The translations under genes and the position numbers were made by a program. Below are positions 55,692-64,000 of a stretch of DNA of 64,000 nucleotides, in pieces. Source of the DNA: Candidatus Woesearchaeota archaeon (lineage in GTDB: Archaea; Nanobdellota; Nanobdellia; Woesearchaeales; ARS49); the NCBI GenBank assembly GCA_018302815.1, contig JAGVZE010000010.1, forward strand, positions 3,523-67,522, given 5' to 3'. The notes beneath the pieces were generated by a model. That model made no database searches, was not told the DNA's origin, and saw only the letters and a program-made list of their open reading frames with translations. Each line of letters opens with the position of its first letter. The first letter of the stretch is position 1.

Positions 55692-56705
55692 TTATAAAGG
55701 TTTGGGGTAGAACCGGCCGTGTTTTTTCCCTTCAGCAAGATATTTGAACAGCCCCATTCGAAGCACAAGACCGTTGCCCGCCTGCGGAATATAGTGCATT
55801 CTTGGATCGTCGTCTATTTCGTCAGCGACCTCTTGAAGCTGCGAGATTCTGCCATCAATTGGAAGCGGATGAAGAATTTTAGCGGATGGTTTGACACGCT
55901 CGATGAATTTCGCATCCATGCGGCACGTCGGCTTTAAGGAACTCACCCGCTTCGTTATTTCCTTATCTTCATATCTCTCTTCCTGGAAGCGAGTCTGATA
56001 AAAGAAATCGACATCTCCTGCGGGAATTTCGGCCAGAGACTCTGCCCTCACAATCGAATTTCCCCTGCCAGCAATGAAACGTGAAAGATATCCATCAGGT
56101 ATCTGGATGATTTTCGGCGCGACCAAATAAAGCTTCAACCCTTTGTAAATGGAAAGCATCTTGACAAGCGAATGAACGGTTCGACCGTGCAATAAATCAC
56201 CAACGATCGCTCCCACTTTGCCATCGGCTCCGCCCAAATCCCGGTCAATAGTGTAAATATCGAGCAATGCCTGCGTTGGATGCTCACCATCGCCATCGCC
56301 CGCATTTATTATCGAAGTCAATGAATTCATAGGAAGATATTCAACCGCTTTTGCCGCGCTGCCTTTCTCTTTATGACGCAAAACAATCGCGAAAGGACCA
56401 TATGAATCAAGCACACGGATCGTGTGCTTTAGCGATTCGCCCTTAACACCGGATGAGAAACTTGCGGCGCTCTCCGAACTAACCACGCTTCCTGCGAGCT
56501 TGTGAACAGAAGTCTCGAAACTAAAGCGCGTCCTCGTACTGGGCTCATAGAAAACGCTGTACACAACGTGACCCATCAAAGGATTGTCCGAGCATAGCCA
56601 CCTATTGCCCCGCTTATAATAATCGGCGTAACCAAAAATCTCATTCATAGAACCCGGATCGTCAATAAACTGGTCCGCTCCGATTATGTGCTTCAAGCCG
56701 CTCAT
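55692..56705 (-). CDS. pyrB: Aspartate carbamoyltransferase catalytic subunit
   Basis: FYEPSTRTRFSF, KGESL, INAGDG..EHPTQALLD, GDL..GRTVHS, TR.Q.ER, HPLP. Confidence 0.92.
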   Translation of the reverse strand: MSGLKHIIGADQFIDDPGSMNEIFGYADYYKRGNRWLCSDNPLMGHVVYSVFYEPSTRTRFSFETSVHKLAGSVVSSESAASFSSGVKGESLKHTIRVLDSYGPFAIVLRHKEKGSAAKAVEYLPMNSLTSIINAGDGDGEHPTQALLDIYTIDRDLGGADGKVGAIVGDLLHGRTVHSLVKMLSIYKGLKLYLVAPKIIQIPDGYLSRFIAGRGNSIVRAESLAEIPAGDVDFFYQTRFQEERYEDKEITKRVSSLKPTCRMDAKFIERVKPSAKILHPLPIDGRISQLQEVADEIDDDPRMHYIPQAGNGLVLRMGLFKYLAEGKKHGRFYPKPL

Positions 56706-57349
56706 TGTTTCACCTGCGGAAAAATAAGAGCGTCAATGTATTTTTTGATGTCTTCGAATACCGCTGTTGGTGGACGATTGCCATTGATCATGTGAATATT
56801 GTGGTCTTTAAACTCACCAACCATATCTTTATAGATTCCATCCAAACGTTTTTGCAGCTCATATTTAGTATCGAACCCATCTCCGCAAAGACCCATGCGC
56901 TTTAATCGTACGTCAGCAGGAGTGTCTATAAAGAAAGTTATGTCTGGCACAGGCATACCTTTGTGCGCTTGCCAAAACCTCTCTTTTGAGACTCCGTTGG
57001 ATACCTGGTAAGCCCAAGTCGCAAAATAATATCTATCGAGCGCGACAATCGTTCCAGCGTTCATGTTGGGCAAAATAGTATTCTGCACGTGCGTTTTTCT
57101 ATCACCAACGAAAAGCTCGAAAAAAGTTTCATTATCGAACTCTCGATTCTCAAGACGCCTCCTAATCTCAAGACCCTGCGGAGTGTTGTGCGGCTCACGG
57201 CCTCGCAGAACCTGGATAAACTTATTTGTGTCCGCAGGGTGATCGAACAAATAATCGCACAAGAGCCTGTGCTGAGTGCTTTTACCACACTTATCAGGGC
57301 CGTCGAAAACTATGAAATAGCCGCGCATTGGACGACTCGACTCATTCAT
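56702..57349 (-). CDS. tmk: Thymidylate kinase
   Basis: FIVFDG.D..GKSTQ, REP, DR..H, DRY...T.AYQ, PD. Confidence 0.9.
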   Translation of the reverse strand: MNESSRPMRGYFIVFDGPDKCGKSTQHRLLCDYLFDHPADTNKFIQVLRGREPHNTPQGLEIRRRLENREFDNETFFELFVGDRKTHVQNTILPNMNAGTIVALDRYYFATWAYQVSNGVSKERFWQAHKGMPVPDITFFIDTPADVRLKRMGLCGDGFDTKYELQKRLDGIYKDMVGEFKDHNIHMINGNRPPTAVFEDIKKYIDALIFPQVKQ

Positions 57350-59051
57350 TGGAAGCCCTCTTATCTTCATCGAGCTGGCGCTTTTGCTTTTCTTCCGCGC
57401 GCTCCTCGGCTTTTTGCCTTCCCATCGAAGAATCCGCCATCACAGGACGAATGTATTTCGCGAATCTTGGAAGCACACGCTCAATCTCGCGATAAACGTC
57501 GCGGAATAGAGTCTTATAAGATGTGTGACCTGGCTCAGGAGTCCTAAGCTCTATGACATACTGCGCCTGCCTTGGATGGAACTCATAAATGCTTCTGCCC
57601 AAATGCCCCATTGCAGGGATGTAACAGGCATCATGTGGGAACTCATTTCTTACTTCACGATGCAGCGCACTTGTTTGCTCCATCAAACGCTCATAATCTT
57701 TCTTAATTTCTTCAAGACCCTTAGCATCTTCTACAAACTCAGGATAGGCAAAGCCCAAATCCGCAGTTATCTCCTGTTTTAGCTGGGTTCCAACGCGCTG
57801 ACGCTTCACATCACGCCAAGCGCCGTTGTCCATAACAAACTCGAAAAGGAAACGGCCGAGTTTCGTGCCCCTTAGCATCAAATCGTGCTCGCCTCTTTTC
57901 TCAAGATACGTTTTGAACACTTCATCTTTTTGCTCACTGGTAAAACCGCTAACCTGCGAGCGAATGCCTTCGAAAGAAATGCCGTTGCCAAATTCATAAA
58001 ATATGCCAGTAAGAAGCAAATCCTCAAGACCAGGAGTATGCTCTATCAACTTGACACGCTGGACCGCTCTGTCGCCGCGATGATATTCCGTCTCTGGCGC
58101 TCGAAGAGCAAAAGACGCCAAATTGAAAAGACCCTGCGTCGCATTACTGAAATAATCATTTTGCTGCACGTGTTTTAGAAGGCCGGGCGTCACCTTGATA
58201 CCCTCTTCAAGAATAGCAGAGCCTATGACCCGCACTTCTTCAAGTTCGTGGCTTAGCATCTGTGACACATGGCTCTCAGCAGTTCTTGTCGGCCACGTTG
58301 CGCCCATCGCGGTCGTCGAACCCATCGGCAGGAAATAACGCATGATATCGAACGTCGCGGCATTAAGAGTCTGCTTGTATGCGACCTGCCCTTTGAACTT
58401 TGAACGATCAAGGACATTCGCTTCAAGCCAGCCGCGCACAACAGGCTCCCATCTTTTGTAAGCGCTCATCAATTCATCATTGTTTGCCGCTATAGACGCG
58501 CCAAATCTCGAACTTTGCAAGCGAGGAGGAATAATGACTGCGATATCGTTGAACGGAACATACCTTGTGCTCTTCTCCTGATAATCACCAAGCTCGGGGT
58601 CAGGCATCTGGATGAAATTCGTAGCCACCTGGCTTACGCCCTCCATCGCAACGCGAAGCTTGTCAGCGTCTTTTAGCGACTTATGGCCGAACTTGACGCC
58701 CCACTTGCTAAGAAAATCCTCTGAAACAGTGAAAAAGTAATCGAGCACTGCAAGCTTGCTTTGTTGGATCGCATCAGCTGCCTGCTCAACAGTGACCATT
58801 TTTTCTGCAGGCCACTCTTTCTTCTCGACCTTCTTTTTCATGCTATCAAAAACTTCCAAGAAACGTTCACGCATCGTCAGATCGGACCTGCTGTATTGGC
58901 CAACCAAATGTGCCCAAACCGGAAAAGGCATATTCCCAGTCGGACAATAAACATTACGGTCGGTATTCGTGAAAAAATGATTTAGCACGACCTGCTCGGG
59001 CTCAGTATATTCTCTTCTTCCCTGCATTGGCACCAAAGTTCCAGTAGTCAT
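57342..59051 (-). CDS. thyX: Flavin-dependent thymidylate synthase, tandem-domain ThyX-like
   Basis: FTN.D..VY, YSRS, GH.S, EKSTRY, D..RYFLP, RD..R.R, ELRT...GH.SY; GAGGTGA RBS before ATG 59051. Confidence 0.82.
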   Translation of the reverse strand: MTTGTLVPMQGRREYTEPEQVVLNHFFTNTDRNVYCPTGNMPFPVWAHLVGQYSRSDLTMRERFLEVFDSMKKKVEKKEWPAEKMVTVEQAADAIQQSKLAVLDYFFTVSEDFLSKWGVKFGHKSLKDADKLRVAMEGVSQVATNFIQMPDPELGDYQEKSTRYVPFNDIAVIIPPRLQSSRFGASIAANNDELMSAYKRWEPVVRGWLEANVLDRSKFKGQVAYKQTLNAATFDIMRYFLPMGSTTAMGATWPTRTAESHVSQMLSHELEEVRVIGSAILEEGIKVTPGLLKHVQQNDYFSNATQGLFNLASFALRAPETEYHRGDRAVQRVKLIEHTPGLEDLLLTGIFYEFGNGISFEGIRSQVSGFTSEQKDEVFKTYLEKRGEHDLMLRGTKLGRFLFEFVMDNGAWRDVKRQRVGTQLKQEITADLGFAYPEFVEDAKGLEEIKKDYERLMEQTSALHREVRNEFPHDACYIPAMGHLGRSIYEFHPRQAQYVIELRTPEPGHTSYKTLFRDVYREIERVLPRFAKYIRPVMADSSMGRQKAEERAEEKQKRQLDEDKRASNE

Positions 59052-59133
59052 AATCGTCACCTCTTTAGCTCAGCAACCTGAGCCTTGCACTCCATTAAAT
59101 GGTTATTACAACCAAAAATGCAACAGTGTTGCA

Positions 59134-59928
59134 CTATTTGCCCCTAACTTCCCTATCTTTCCACATCTTTGGAAGCATAGCCTCAGGAGTCCATTTCGCC
59201 TTGAGCTCACCTAGCGATTCTGACACTTGATATTTCCCTCCCGCATTGGAATAATCTTTTTGCTGAATGGGTTCTACGCCAAAAAACACAATCTGCGCGA
59301 TTCTTCTCCCAACGACAAGCGGAATAGTATAATGCTGAGAGTTATTTGTTATCTCCATCGTCCAACGATTGATATAGCCCACATCGCCCCAACCCGCGCA
59401 CTTGCATACCGCTATGAAGTTACGACCCATCGATGAACGCGCCTTCATCATCGTAGTAACATCAATCTTTCCCCCAATATATTCATCAGTATGTGCAAGA
59501 ATAGTCTCCCCTGGACTTATCAAAATCACACTATCCTCTGGTGAGATATTATCCCCGAATGCATCAGACCAATTCGCATTTTTTGCTTCGGTTCGCAAAG
59601 TCTGCGCTTCATGAAGCTGCCAAATAGTCCTAACGTGACGTTCATCGTACGGATTAAGAACACGCCTATCCGCGTGGCCTGGTTTCACCTCACGATAAAA
59701 ATACTGGCCCAAAGTCACATCATAACTAGATGTGGCAAGATTCTCACGCTTGAACGGGTCTATCACCACAGAACCTTCACGTATGTGCCTTAAAATCGCA
59801 GTGTCGGACAAACAAGACCGCTCAGAGAGAACACCTTCTAGTCCGAGCGATTTAGAAAGCTCTACCGAAGAATAGTTCTTCTTCAATTCACCTAACAGCT
59901 CGCCTAATTCCTCTTTTGACCAAGCCAT
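59134..59928 (-). CDS. dcd: dCTP deaminase
   Basis: LSD..I, SYDV.LG, ARSS.GR, D.GY...TMEI.N, RIAQ..F, KYQ. Confidence 0.88.
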   Translation of the reverse strand: MAWSKEELGELLGELKKNYSSVELSKSLGLEGVLSERSCLSDTAILRHIREGSVVIDPFKRENLATSSYDVTLGQYFYREVKPGHADRRVLNPYDERHVRTIWQLHEAQTLRTEAKNANWSDAFGDNISPEDSVILISPGETILAHTDEYIGGKIDVTTMMKARSSMGRNFIAVCKCAGWGDVGYINRWTMEITNNSQHYTIPLVVGRRIAQIVFFGVEPIQQKDYSNAGGKYQVSESLGELKAKWTPEAMLPKMWKDREVRGK

Positions 59929-60008
59929 AAGAAAAAGACGCTCGCTTTCACTTTAAAACGATTGTTATGATTAGGGATATAGAATAGAAAATATAAAAAA
60001 GAAAAAAA

Positions 60009-61136
60009 CTAAGGGGCTACCGGCAAGCCGAAACCTGCCGCAGGATCATCACCGGCAGCGTCAAGATCGTTCAGCATTGCAAGCTCATGCAAGTACGTTC
60101 TAGTCGCAGATGCACTGCCCTGCCAAAGCTTTGCCGCAAGACCAGACACGTGAGGCGTTGCCATCGACGTTCCGCTTATAGTGTTGTAGCATCCATTGTT
60201 CCAAGTCGATTCTACAGAAACGCCTGGGGCTGAGAGCTCAACTTCTCGCGCTTCGATAGTGAAGTCGCCGTCATTCACGCCTCTGCTGCTCCAGCTTGCG
60301 ACATTATTGTTCACATCAATTGCTGCGACAGCTACGACATTCGGATTCGCACCCGGATAATCTATCGAGCCGAAATCAGGACCATCGTTTCCTGCCGCTG
60401 CGACAATAAGAACGCCCTTTGAAACTGCATAATCTATCGCATCGCGAATCAAGCTGTTCTCAGCATCTGACCCGAGACTCATTGAAATTATATTCGCGCC
60501 CTGATCTGAAGCGTAACGAATAGCTGCCGCGATATCATCAGACCAGCAGCTGCCGCTTGAACCGCAAACTTTCACCGCCAAAAGAGTCGCCTCTGGAGCT
60601 ACACCGAATATTCCTAAATTGTCAGAACCGCCGTTAGCTGCGATTGTTCCTGCAACATGGGTTCCATGGCCATTGCCATCCTTGCAGCCATTCTGAATGC
60701 CAGAACGCGTCGCGTCCTTGCACAATGAAACTTTCAAATCACGATGGGAATTCACACCAGTATCAAGCACTGCGACTTTAACGCCAGCACCACCTGAACC
60801 GCCATTCACCCTAGAAACGCCCCAAGGAGTTCTTGAACTTGGCGTGCACGTCCTAACATTAGAGCTTGGCTTGCCTAAAATGTGATATGCTGGAAGCTCT
60901 TCAACCGCAGCTTCCTTTTTTAGCCTTGAAACCTGCTCAGGACGAACATCAGCTGAGAAACTTCTTCCGAATTCATGATGAATGCCAACCAATGCGCGAA
61001 CATTCGAAGCATCACTATGCGGAGTTATAAGCACACGAGTAAATTCCGGAACGTCATTTGCAAACGACATCAAAGCTGTCGTAAGCATCAACATCATTCC
61101 AAAAAATAAAACTGCGATTGTTTTTACGTTATTCAT
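60009..61136 (-). CDS. Secreted subtilisin-like serine protease (S8) with propeptide
   Basis: Signal peptide; DTG, HGTHVAG, AAAGN, SGTSMATPHV; GGTGA RBS. Confidence 0.95.
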   Translation of the reverse strand: MNNVKTIAVLFFGMMLMLTTALMSFANDVPEFTRVLITPHSDASNVRALVGIHHEFGRSFSADVRPEQVSRLKKEAAVEELPAYHILGKPSSNVRTCTPSSRTPWGVSRVNGGSGGAGVKVAVLDTGVNSHRDLKVSLCKDATRSGIQNGCKDGNGHGTHVAGTIAANGGSDNLGIFGVAPEATLLAVKVCGSSGSCWSDDIAAAIRYASDQGANIISMSLGSDAENSLIRDAIDYAVSKGVLIVAAAGNDGPDFGSIDYPGANPNVVAVAAIDVNNNVASWSSRGVNDGDFTIEAREVELSAPGVSVESTWNNGCYNTISGTSMATPHVSGLAAKLWQGSASATRTYLHELAMLNDLDAAGDDPAAGFGLPVAP

Positions 61137-61284
61137 ACAGATCACCTTGCACAAATTAGAGCACACCAGTATATAAATATTGCTCGTATCGTAATCATTC
61201 GTCAAACACCCTTTACTCACAAGATAGCAACTTTTTTAAACCACCCTCATCTAGCAGAGCAAATAACAATTGGGGGTTGTTAAT

Positions 61285-63327
61285 ATGATTTGGATCGTAT
61301 GGACTATCAGTATAATATCTATTCTTGTAGCGTTATGGATTATGCGAGGCGTTCTCGCAATGCCATCAGGCAATAAGCAAATGCAGGAAATTGCTGAAGC
61401 TATCCGCGTGGGAGCGAACGCGTTCATGAAACGCCAATATACCACAATTGGAATACTGAGCTTAGTACTTGCAGTAATCATATATGTCGTATACTACTTA
61501 ATCGGACAACAGGCGCTTGGTTTTAACACCTCGCTCGCATTCTTATTCGGAGCGATATGTTCCGCAGCAGCAGGCATCCTAAGCATGTGGATAGCTGTTC
61601 GCGCAAACGTGCGTGTAACCGCAGGCGCACAAAAAAGCTTAAACGATTCATTAAAGCCCGCGCTTCGCGCAGGACTTGTAAGCGGCCTATTTATCGTGTC
61701 ACTTAGCCTCCTTGGAATCGCAACGCTTTACACAATCTTCCAAGCAATGGGCGTTGACCCAAAAGAAATCCCCTTCCTGATCGTAGGGTACGGCTTTGGC
61801 GCATCATTTGTCGCACTATTTGCCCAACTTGGCGGAGGCATCTACACTAAAGCAGCAGATGTCGGCGCAGACCTAGTAGGCAAGATTGAGAAAAACATCC
61901 CAGAAGACGACCCGCGCAACCCAGCAGTCATCGCAGATTTAGTCGGCGACAACGTAGGCGACTGCGCAGGACGAGGCGCAGACATCTTCGAAAGCACCGC
62001 CGCGGAAAACATTGGAGCAATGATTATCGGAGTCGCATTGTACCCCGTATTTGGCACTAACGGGCTCCTCTTCCCCCTCATCGTGATGGCAATTGGCATG
62101 CTCGCAAGCATGATCGGCGTCTTTGTCGTCAAGGTTCGCGAGACAGGCAGCATTATGGGCGCACTCATCAAAGGTTATGCAGTGACGTCAATACTCGCAA
62201 CAGGAGCATTCTACTATATAACCATGAAAATGCTCGGCTCGATTTGGCTCTTCTACGCAGGCCTTGTGGGCATTGTGACCAGCATATTAATCGTCTTAAT
62301 CACAATATACTACACAGAGTCAGCATACAGACCAGTTAAGAAAATCGTAAAAGCATGCGAAACAGGACACGCGACAAACATCATCCACGGCTTCGCAATG
62401 GCACTAGAATGCACAGCAGCCCCCGTCCTTGTACTCAGCGGCGCATTACTCCTTAGCTATTACTTCGGCATGCGAACAGGAATCGACCACGGAGGCATCT
62501 ACGGCACCGCGGTTGCGACAATAGGCATGCTATCAACCGCAGCATACATCCTCGCAATGGACAACTTCGGACCAATCACTGATAACGCGGGAGGAATTGC
62601 AGAATTCTCCCACGCGCCAGCAGCAGTACGCAAGCGAACAGACAAGCTCGATACCGCAGGAAACACAACTAAAGCTTTGACCAAAGGTTACGCAATCGGA
62701 AGCGCCGCACTCGCAGCATTCCTCCTGTTTAGCGCATACCAAGACGAAATCGTGAAAATTGTCGGAGAATCGGGCCGCGTTGTGAATCTCACCAACATCA
62801 ACGTCTTCGTAGGCGCATTCATCGGCGCAATGCTTGTCTTTTTGTTCAGCAGCATGGCGATTCGCTCAGTCGGAGACGCCGCGCACGAAGTAGTCAATGA
62901 AGTCCGCAGACAATTCAAAAGCATACGCGGACTAATGGAAGGCACATCAAAACCAGACTACGCAAAATGCGTAGACATCTGCACCAAAGCAGCGCTTCGC
63001 GAAATGATGCTCCCAGGCCTTCTTGTAGTCGTTACGACCGTGCTTGTGGGTTTGTTACTAGGCGCTGAAGCAATCGCAGGCTTCCTCATGGTCGGCACAA
63101 TCGCGGGCATCTTAATGGCGCTCGTGCTGAACACCGGCGGCGGAGCTTGGGATAACGCCAAGAAACACATAGAATCAGAAGGCGGCAAAGGCTCACCAAG
63201 CCACCAAGCAGCAGTCACCGGCGATACTGTCGGCGACCCATTCAAAGACACAGCAGGCCCGAGCCTGCACGTGCTGATAAAACTGCTCGGCACACTAGCG
63301 CTGGTTTTAGCGCCGCTGTTCATTTAA
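61285..63327 (+). CDS. hppA: Membrane-bound proton-translocating pyrophosphatase, K+-independent type
   Basis: [39 protein letters not shown] (Lys at the K+-dependence position), [11 protein letters not shown]. Confidence 0.95.
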   Translation: MIWIVWTISIISILVALWIMRGVLAMPSGNKQMQEIAEAIRVGANAFMKRQYTTIGILSLVLAVIIYVVYYLIGQQALGFNTSLAFLFGAICSAAAGILSMWIAVRANVRVTAGAQKSLNDSLKPALRAGLVSGLFIVSLSLLGIATLYTIFQAMGVDPKEIPFLIVGYGFGASFVALFAQLGGGIYTKAADVGADLVGKIEKNIPEDDPRNPAVIADLVGDNVGDCAGRGADIFESTAAENIGAMIIGVALYPVFGTNGLLFPLIVMAIGMLASMIGVFVVKVRETGSIMGALIKGYAVTSILATGAFYYITMKMLGSIWLFYAGLVGIVTSILIVLITIYYTESAYRPVKKIVKACETGHATNIIHGFAMALECTAAPVLVLSGALLLSYYFGMRTGIDHGGIYGTAVATIGMLSTAAYILAMDNFGPITDNAGGIAEFSHAPAAVRKRTDKLDTAGNTTKALTKGYAIGSAALAAFLLFSAYQDEIVKIVGESGRVVNLTNINVFVGAFIGAMLVFLFSSMAIRSVGDAAHEVVNEVRRQFKSIRGLMEGTSKPDYAKCVDICTKAALREMMLPGLLVVVTTVLVGLLLGAEAIAGFLMVGTIAGILMALVLNTGGGAWDNAKKHIESEGGKGSPSHQAAVTGDTVGDPFKDTAGPSLHVLIKLLGTLALVLAPLFI

Positions 63328-63362
63328 TTTTTTATTACTTTTTTATTTTTCTAATTCTTTTT
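63324..63362 (+). terminator. Oligo-T archaeal terminator after hppA
   Basis: Several T5-T7 runs right after the stop codon. Confidence 0.5.
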
Positions 63363-63485
63363 AATTATCAAATAACAAGTTAATAACAAACGCACGAACC
63401 ATTGAATTTTAAATCATACGGTCTTGAAAGACCATTATCAAGTCGATTTGATAAGAACCAGAAATAAAATACTAAAAATAAAAAA

Positions 63486-63848
63486 TCAATCTTTGCTTAA
63501 AGCTAGCGTGCCGGACCCAGAAAGATAGAGCGAAACTAAGCCAGACAGTATTACGACGTCTTTTAGCGCCATCATCGCTTGTCCGCCCATCGCAGTCACG
63601 ACAATTGCCACTATTAAAACGACCATCAACGGAGCAGTCGAATACTTCAAGTGGAAACCAGTCAAAACAGCGGCTCCGCCAAGCAATTCTGTCAGGATTA
63701 AAAGCCAAGTCCACAATCCGGGAGCCGGAAAACCAAGCCCACCGAGCATCCCTACAACCATACTCGGATCGAGAAGCTTCATCGTACCTGCTACGACGAA
63801 AATGCCGCCGACACCAATCCTTAACGCAAACGGTCCATATTGTTTCAT
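63486..63848 (-). CDS. DoxX family membrane protein
   Basis: LRI..G..F...G..K, E..GG, G.G..ALS; GAGGTG RBS. Confidence 0.88.
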   Translation of the reverse strand: MKQYGPFALRIGVGGIFVVAGTMKLLDPSMVVGMLGGLGFPAPGLWTWLLILTELLGGAAVLTGFHLKYSTAPLMVVLIVAIVVTAMGGQAMMALKDVVILSGLVSLYLSGSGTLALSKD

Positions 63849-63891
63849 AAAAACACCTCATCAGAAGCAGTAAAGAAATCGTATAAATGCT

Positions 63892-64000
63892 TTATTGTGC
63901 TGACTTCTCTAGTTGGCGGTACACGTGCGCAGCGGCAATCGCGCTAAGAGGCACCGTTAGAATGAGGCCAAGACCTGCAGGAATTGAGCCTAGCAAATTG
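63892..64000 (-). CDS. 3' end of a membrane protein (continues beyond the window)
   Basis: ...NLLGSIPAGLGLILTVPLSAIAAAHVYRQLEKSAQ*. Confidence 0.65.
   Translation of the reverse strand, partial: NLLGSIPAGLGLILTVPLSAIAAAHVYRQLEKSAQ

Noticed and set aside
63905-64000. Possible structured RNA (GGCGGT...ACCGTT stem after a TATA-like box)
   Set aside because: The minus strand reads as the hydrophobic C-terminus of a membrane protein ending at 63892; no tRNA, SRP or RNase P motifs were seen

Overview
Gene-dense 64 kb fragment of an archaeal chromosome, most likely a DPANN archaeon of the Woesearchaeota type. Archaeal signals seen here are SRP54, AglB, Dph6, a tRNA intron with a bulge-helix-bulge, TATA boxes about 25 nt before start codons, GGTGA ribosome-binding sites and class III signal peptides; the exact lineage is inference. 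Layout: (1) 0-14.9 kb is an accessory-rich region with a phage T5 A1-like metallophosphoesterase, a coupled Dph6 + glutamine amidotransferase pair, an Ada-Zn/Qng1(DUF2419)/NDT trio, a tandem paralog pair with variable cores, SRP54, an intron-containing tRNA-Pro(GGG) with a duplicated 3' end, a short isopentenyltransferase and a dense nested-palindrome element. (2) 15-38.4 kb is a surface-glycosylation island: three GT2-like enzymes lacking DxD, GT4s, a radical SAM enzyme, AglB, a flippase, AglH-like, Wzm/Wzt, and CysD/CysN with three alkaline-phosphatase-superfamily enzymes but no CysC or sulfotransferase. (3) uvrBAC. (4) A Vps4-like AAA ATPase, a ClpX-like ATPase and a kinase-FHA protein. (5) A dcd-thyX-tmk-pyrB operon, a subtilase, a K+-independent H+-PPase and DoxX. 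No CRISPR array, rRNA, integrase, transposase or reverse transcriptase was seen. Best candidates for undescribed systems: possible APS-dependent glycan sulfation by AlkP-fold enzymes, the Dph6-GATase pair, the Ada/Qng1/NDT module and the palindromic element at 14.6-14.9 kb. All family calls come from motif recognition by eye, not database searches.
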